Shown: piece after piece, positions 36,890-38,824 of the stretch | How positions within the stretch are numbered: the stretch's first letter is position 1 | Layout: each line of letters opens with the position of its first letter | DNA from: Spirochaetales bacterium | Lineage (GTDB): Bacteria; Spirochaetota; Spirochaetia; Sphaerochaetales; Sphaerochaetaceae | DNA length: 38,824 nucleotides | Assembly: GCA_022784805.1 (NCBI GenBank) | Contig: JALFYG010000019.1 | Coordinates: 1-38,824 of the forward strand | Direction: 5' to 3' | The notes under the pieces: model-generated | Databases searched by the model: none | The model's input: only the letters and a program-made list of their open reading frames with translations | What the model was told of the DNA's origin: nothing | Made by a program: the position numbers and the translations under genes

Positions 36890-37285
36890 ATATGTTTTAC
36901 AGAAAAATAAGTGAAGGCGCTTTGCCTCAAATTTTGATAAAGTAAATAAATGGTACGATGGATATCATCTCGATCAAGCCCATCTATCGCCCTTTTGGCT
37001 TCCATGGAGTATTACTTTAAACCTGTCAGAGAATTACCCTCAGGGAAAGGCTTTGCAAATCTTATATATATCCCGAAACCAGAATATATAAATTTGTATC
37101 CAGCTCTTCTGGTGGAGCTCAAGTGGGATAAAAGTGCACTCTCTGCAATCGAGCAGATTAAGGAAAGAAAATACCCTGATGCTTTATCTCAGTATGCAGG
37201 AAGTATTCTTCTTGTCGGAGTCAATTATGATAAGAATACCAAATGTCATCAGTGCTTAATTGAAGAATATACAAAGAATTATTAG
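36890..37285 (+). pseudogene. Remnant of a predicted AAA-ATPase/PD-(D/E)XK nuclease (DUF1703-type) gene
   Basis: KWYDGYH...PWS is encoded in one frame (from 36948). At about 37010-37030 it switches frame into the C-terminal nuclease part (RELPSGKGFANLIYIPKP...LLVELKWDKS...QIKERKY). The N-terminal ATPase and the middle region are absent. Confidence 0.6.
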
Positions 37286-37635
37286 ATTATAAGATTTTAC
37301 AGTTTAGAAAACAAAACCGAAAATCATAATACTCAAAGAAACTATTCTTGAGTTATCTCGTTCTCTTTAACTTCGTATATATCTAAATTCTATAAACTCT
37401 TAATCGTTTCTACTGCAGTACACGATACCAATAAGAGAACAGTCATCAATACAACACAAAAAAAACTTCATCCCCATCTCCATAAAGCTAGTTATAAACT
37501 TATAGGGCAAAGAGAGCTTTTGACGAACACTCCCAAATCCATTCTATTGGCCACAGGAATACGATGAAGCTTCAAAATGATTGTGGCCTTACTTTAAACG
37601 ATAGGCGGCCCAAGCTCCATGTCGCTTTGAAGACG

Positions 37636-37674
37636 TGGAGGTCTTACCTCCATAGACTTAATGCCCTGGAGGTG
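37636..37674 (+). promoter_or_regulatory. Possible SD-sequestering structure in the small-toxin leader
   Basis: TGGAGG (37636-37641)/CCTCCA (37647-37652) form a hairpin. The CCTCCA arm is also complementary to the true SD TGGAGG (37667-37672), 8 nt before ATG 37681. Confidence 0.4.
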
Positions 37675-37680
37675 ACTGAT

Positions 37681-37791
37681 ATGACTAACTATGAGACTCT
37701 AAGTTTAGTAGTTTTAATTATCGGATTGGTCATCTCGGCAGTTTTGCTTGGGATTACCATTGGGAAAAAAGATAAAAATAATCGCCACTAG
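37681..37791 (+). CDS. 36-aa hydrophobic peptide, holin-like / type I toxin candidate
   Basis: MTNYETLSLVVLIIGLVISAVLLGITIGKKDKNNRH has one TM helix and a Lys-rich tail. Strong SD GGAGGTG with 6-nt spacing. The upstream 39 codons of track ORF 37564 have no SD. Confidence 0.45.
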   Translation: MTNYETLSLVVLIIGLVISAVLLGITIGKKDKNNRH

Positions 37792-38112
37792 TATCCGCCA
37801 AGATTTATAGTGACGATTTAGTCATACAATAACTTGGAGCGAACACCGTCTATCGACAGGTCACTCTCTATATGTATAATAACTCCTCCATGTTTTATAC
37901 ATCAACAATAAGAGAATATAAAAAGATTCCAGAACGACTCTGTCAAAATAAACCATAATCCTAGTTTGAAAGCATACTTACTTCGAGGGAAGGTAAGATG
38001 AAGACAAAGGCAAAGAAGAATAATCGTAATAATTCCACTATTTCCATCTAAGTATTTTGATTTAATAACAAGACTTTAATAGCGGCTTTTAAGAAAAGGT
38101 CCAGACTTGGAT

Positions 38113-38138
38113 AAGAAAAGCAGGGCTCATCACCCTGC
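38113..38138 (-). terminator. Rho-independent terminator of trxA
   Basis: Minus strand: GCAGGG (38138-38133), loop TGATGAG, CCCTGC (38125-38120), then TTTTCTT. It sits 10 nt after the stop at 38149. Confidence 0.7.
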
Positions 38139-38148
38139 CAAGTCTTTC

Positions 38149-38460
38149 CTAGTTTTCAAACATGCGTCTGATTCCAGCTTCCTGCATTACTCCCGAATAC
38201 TGGCCGATCTTGTTTCCATTCTTGAAGAAGACAAGATTAGGAATTGTCATGACTCCAAATTCCGATGCCAGCTCTGGGTTATCATCTACATTGCACTTAC
38301 AGATCTTGATTTCTCCTTCAAATTTTGGAGAGAGTTCTTCTAATATTCTGCCTTGTGCTTTACATGGGCCGCACCAGTCAGCATAGAAATCGAGAAGTAC
38401 TGGGATATTAGAATCCAGAACTTCATTCTTAAATGTATCTTTAGTTATGTGTGTAATCAT
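38149..38460 (-). CDS. trxA: Thioredoxin
   Basis: 103 aa with active site WCGPC in FYADWCGPCK. Confidence 0.92.
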   Translation of the reverse strand: MITHITKDTFKNEVLDSNIPVLLDFYADWCGPCKAQGRILEELSPKFEGEIKICKCNVDDNPELASEFGVMTIPNLVFFKNGNKIGQYSGVMQEAGIRRMFEN

Positions 38461-38485
38461 TTAATCCTCCACATAATAAGTATAA

Positions 38486-38824
38486 CTAAGGAATAATGAA
38501 TGTGGCAACGACGGCAGAGAGATCTGTCTTTTCCAAAGGAAGAGTGTATGAAGACTGTGGGATAAGACCCTTACTCCAAATGAAGTCCAGTCTCTCCTCG
38601 ACTTCTCCGTTTCTTCTTGTTACGCCGCTATCCATCTCGCTGTTAAACCTGGTTGCATCATAAACGTCCTGCCACTTCAGGTCAGAGAGAATCTCGGAGA
38701 TCATGAAAGACTGATCCTTTCTATACTCATAGTCTGTCCAATCTGTCCAATCTGTGGAGGAAGGAGCGTAGGAAGTGAGGAAGAAGAGCTTTCTGTCACT
38801 ACCGTTCTGGCTTACATATTCCAC
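38486..38824 (-). CDS. C-terminal part of an endonuclease/exonuclease/phosphatase-like protein (5' end outside window)
   Basis: ORF is open to the window edge. ERLDFIWSKG resembles the R(I/L)DYI motif near EEP C-termini. No other motif could be checked. Confidence 0.35.
   Translation of the reverse strand: MEYVSQNGSDRKLFFLTSYAPSSTDWTDWTDYEYRKDQSFMISEILSDLKWQDVYDATRFNSEMDSGVTRRNGEVEERLDFIWSKGLIPQSSYTLPLEKTDLSAVVATFIIP

Noticed and set aside
37564-37680. N-terminal 39 codons of track ORF 37564-37791
   Set aside because: ATG 37564 has no SD. The segment coincides with predicted leader stems, and the internal ATG 37681 has a near-perfect SD. Only the 36-aa peptide is called.
37840-37861. Short stem ACCGTC/GACAGGT after the small toxin ORF, considered as its terminator
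   Set aside because: The stem is 6 bp with a bulge and has no following T-run, so it is not convincing.
37998-38051. 17-aa ORF MKTKAKKNNRNNSTISI with GAGGGAAGG upstream
   Set aside because: It is too short and low-complexity to support, and has no hydrophobic or otherwise recognisable feature.
38733-38757. 2.7 copies of a 9-nt tandem repeat TCTGTCCAA
   Set aside because: It lies inside the partial EEP-like CDS, is in frame (encoding TDWTDWTD), and is too short to call a VNTR or contingency locus.
1-38824. Looked for CRISPR arrays, tRNA, rRNA and tmRNA-like sequences
   Set aside because: No regularly spaced direct repeats were seen. No cloverleaf-type conserved tRNA boxes (GGTTCGAATCC-like) and no rRNA-like conserved blocks were seen either. 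Non-coding stretches are short apart from 36515-38148.

Overview
Low-GC bacterial chromosomal window, almost fully coding. All family calls come from reading motifs in the translated ORFs; no database search was possible.

Layout:
1. 264-3514 (minus strand): a CAT-family acetyltransferase and a polar amino-acid ABC importer.
2. 3785-17981: a ~14-kb carbohydrate/acid-sugar catabolic locus in four transcription units. These are a 2-hydroxyacid dehydrogenase with two xylose-isomerase-like TIM-barrel enzymes; a BKACE/DUF849 enzyme with two tandem GntR regulators; a cupin D-lyxose-isomerase-like enzyme; and a split transketolase with a TctCBA transporter, an FGGY kinase and a DUF1537 acid-sugar kinase. 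All intergenic promoter regions in this locus carry the same 16-bp palindrome, ATTTTGTATACAAAAT.
3. 18162-29250: a defence island. A complete type I R-M system (hsdR-hsdS-hsdM, minus strand) is divergent from a McrBC-like pair whose McrB homologue has a ~470-aa N-terminal extension. A decayed IS21-family element abuts the pair.
4. 29455-36514: HAD phosphatase, DeoR regulator, an FbpABC/AfuABC-type ABC importer and gnd.
5. 36515-38148: a gene-poor scar region with a PD-(D/E)XK/AAA-ATPase gene remnant and a 36-aa hydrophobic holin-like toxin candidate.
6. Thioredoxin and a partial EEP-like ORF at the right edge.

No rRNA, tRNA or CRISPR array was seen. The most promising candidates for something undescribed are the catabolic locus with its operator regulon and the expanded McrB-like protein. 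Cys-less FANG[SA]KEE signal peptides on the solute-binding proteins hint at a spirochaete such as Treponema, but this is unverified.
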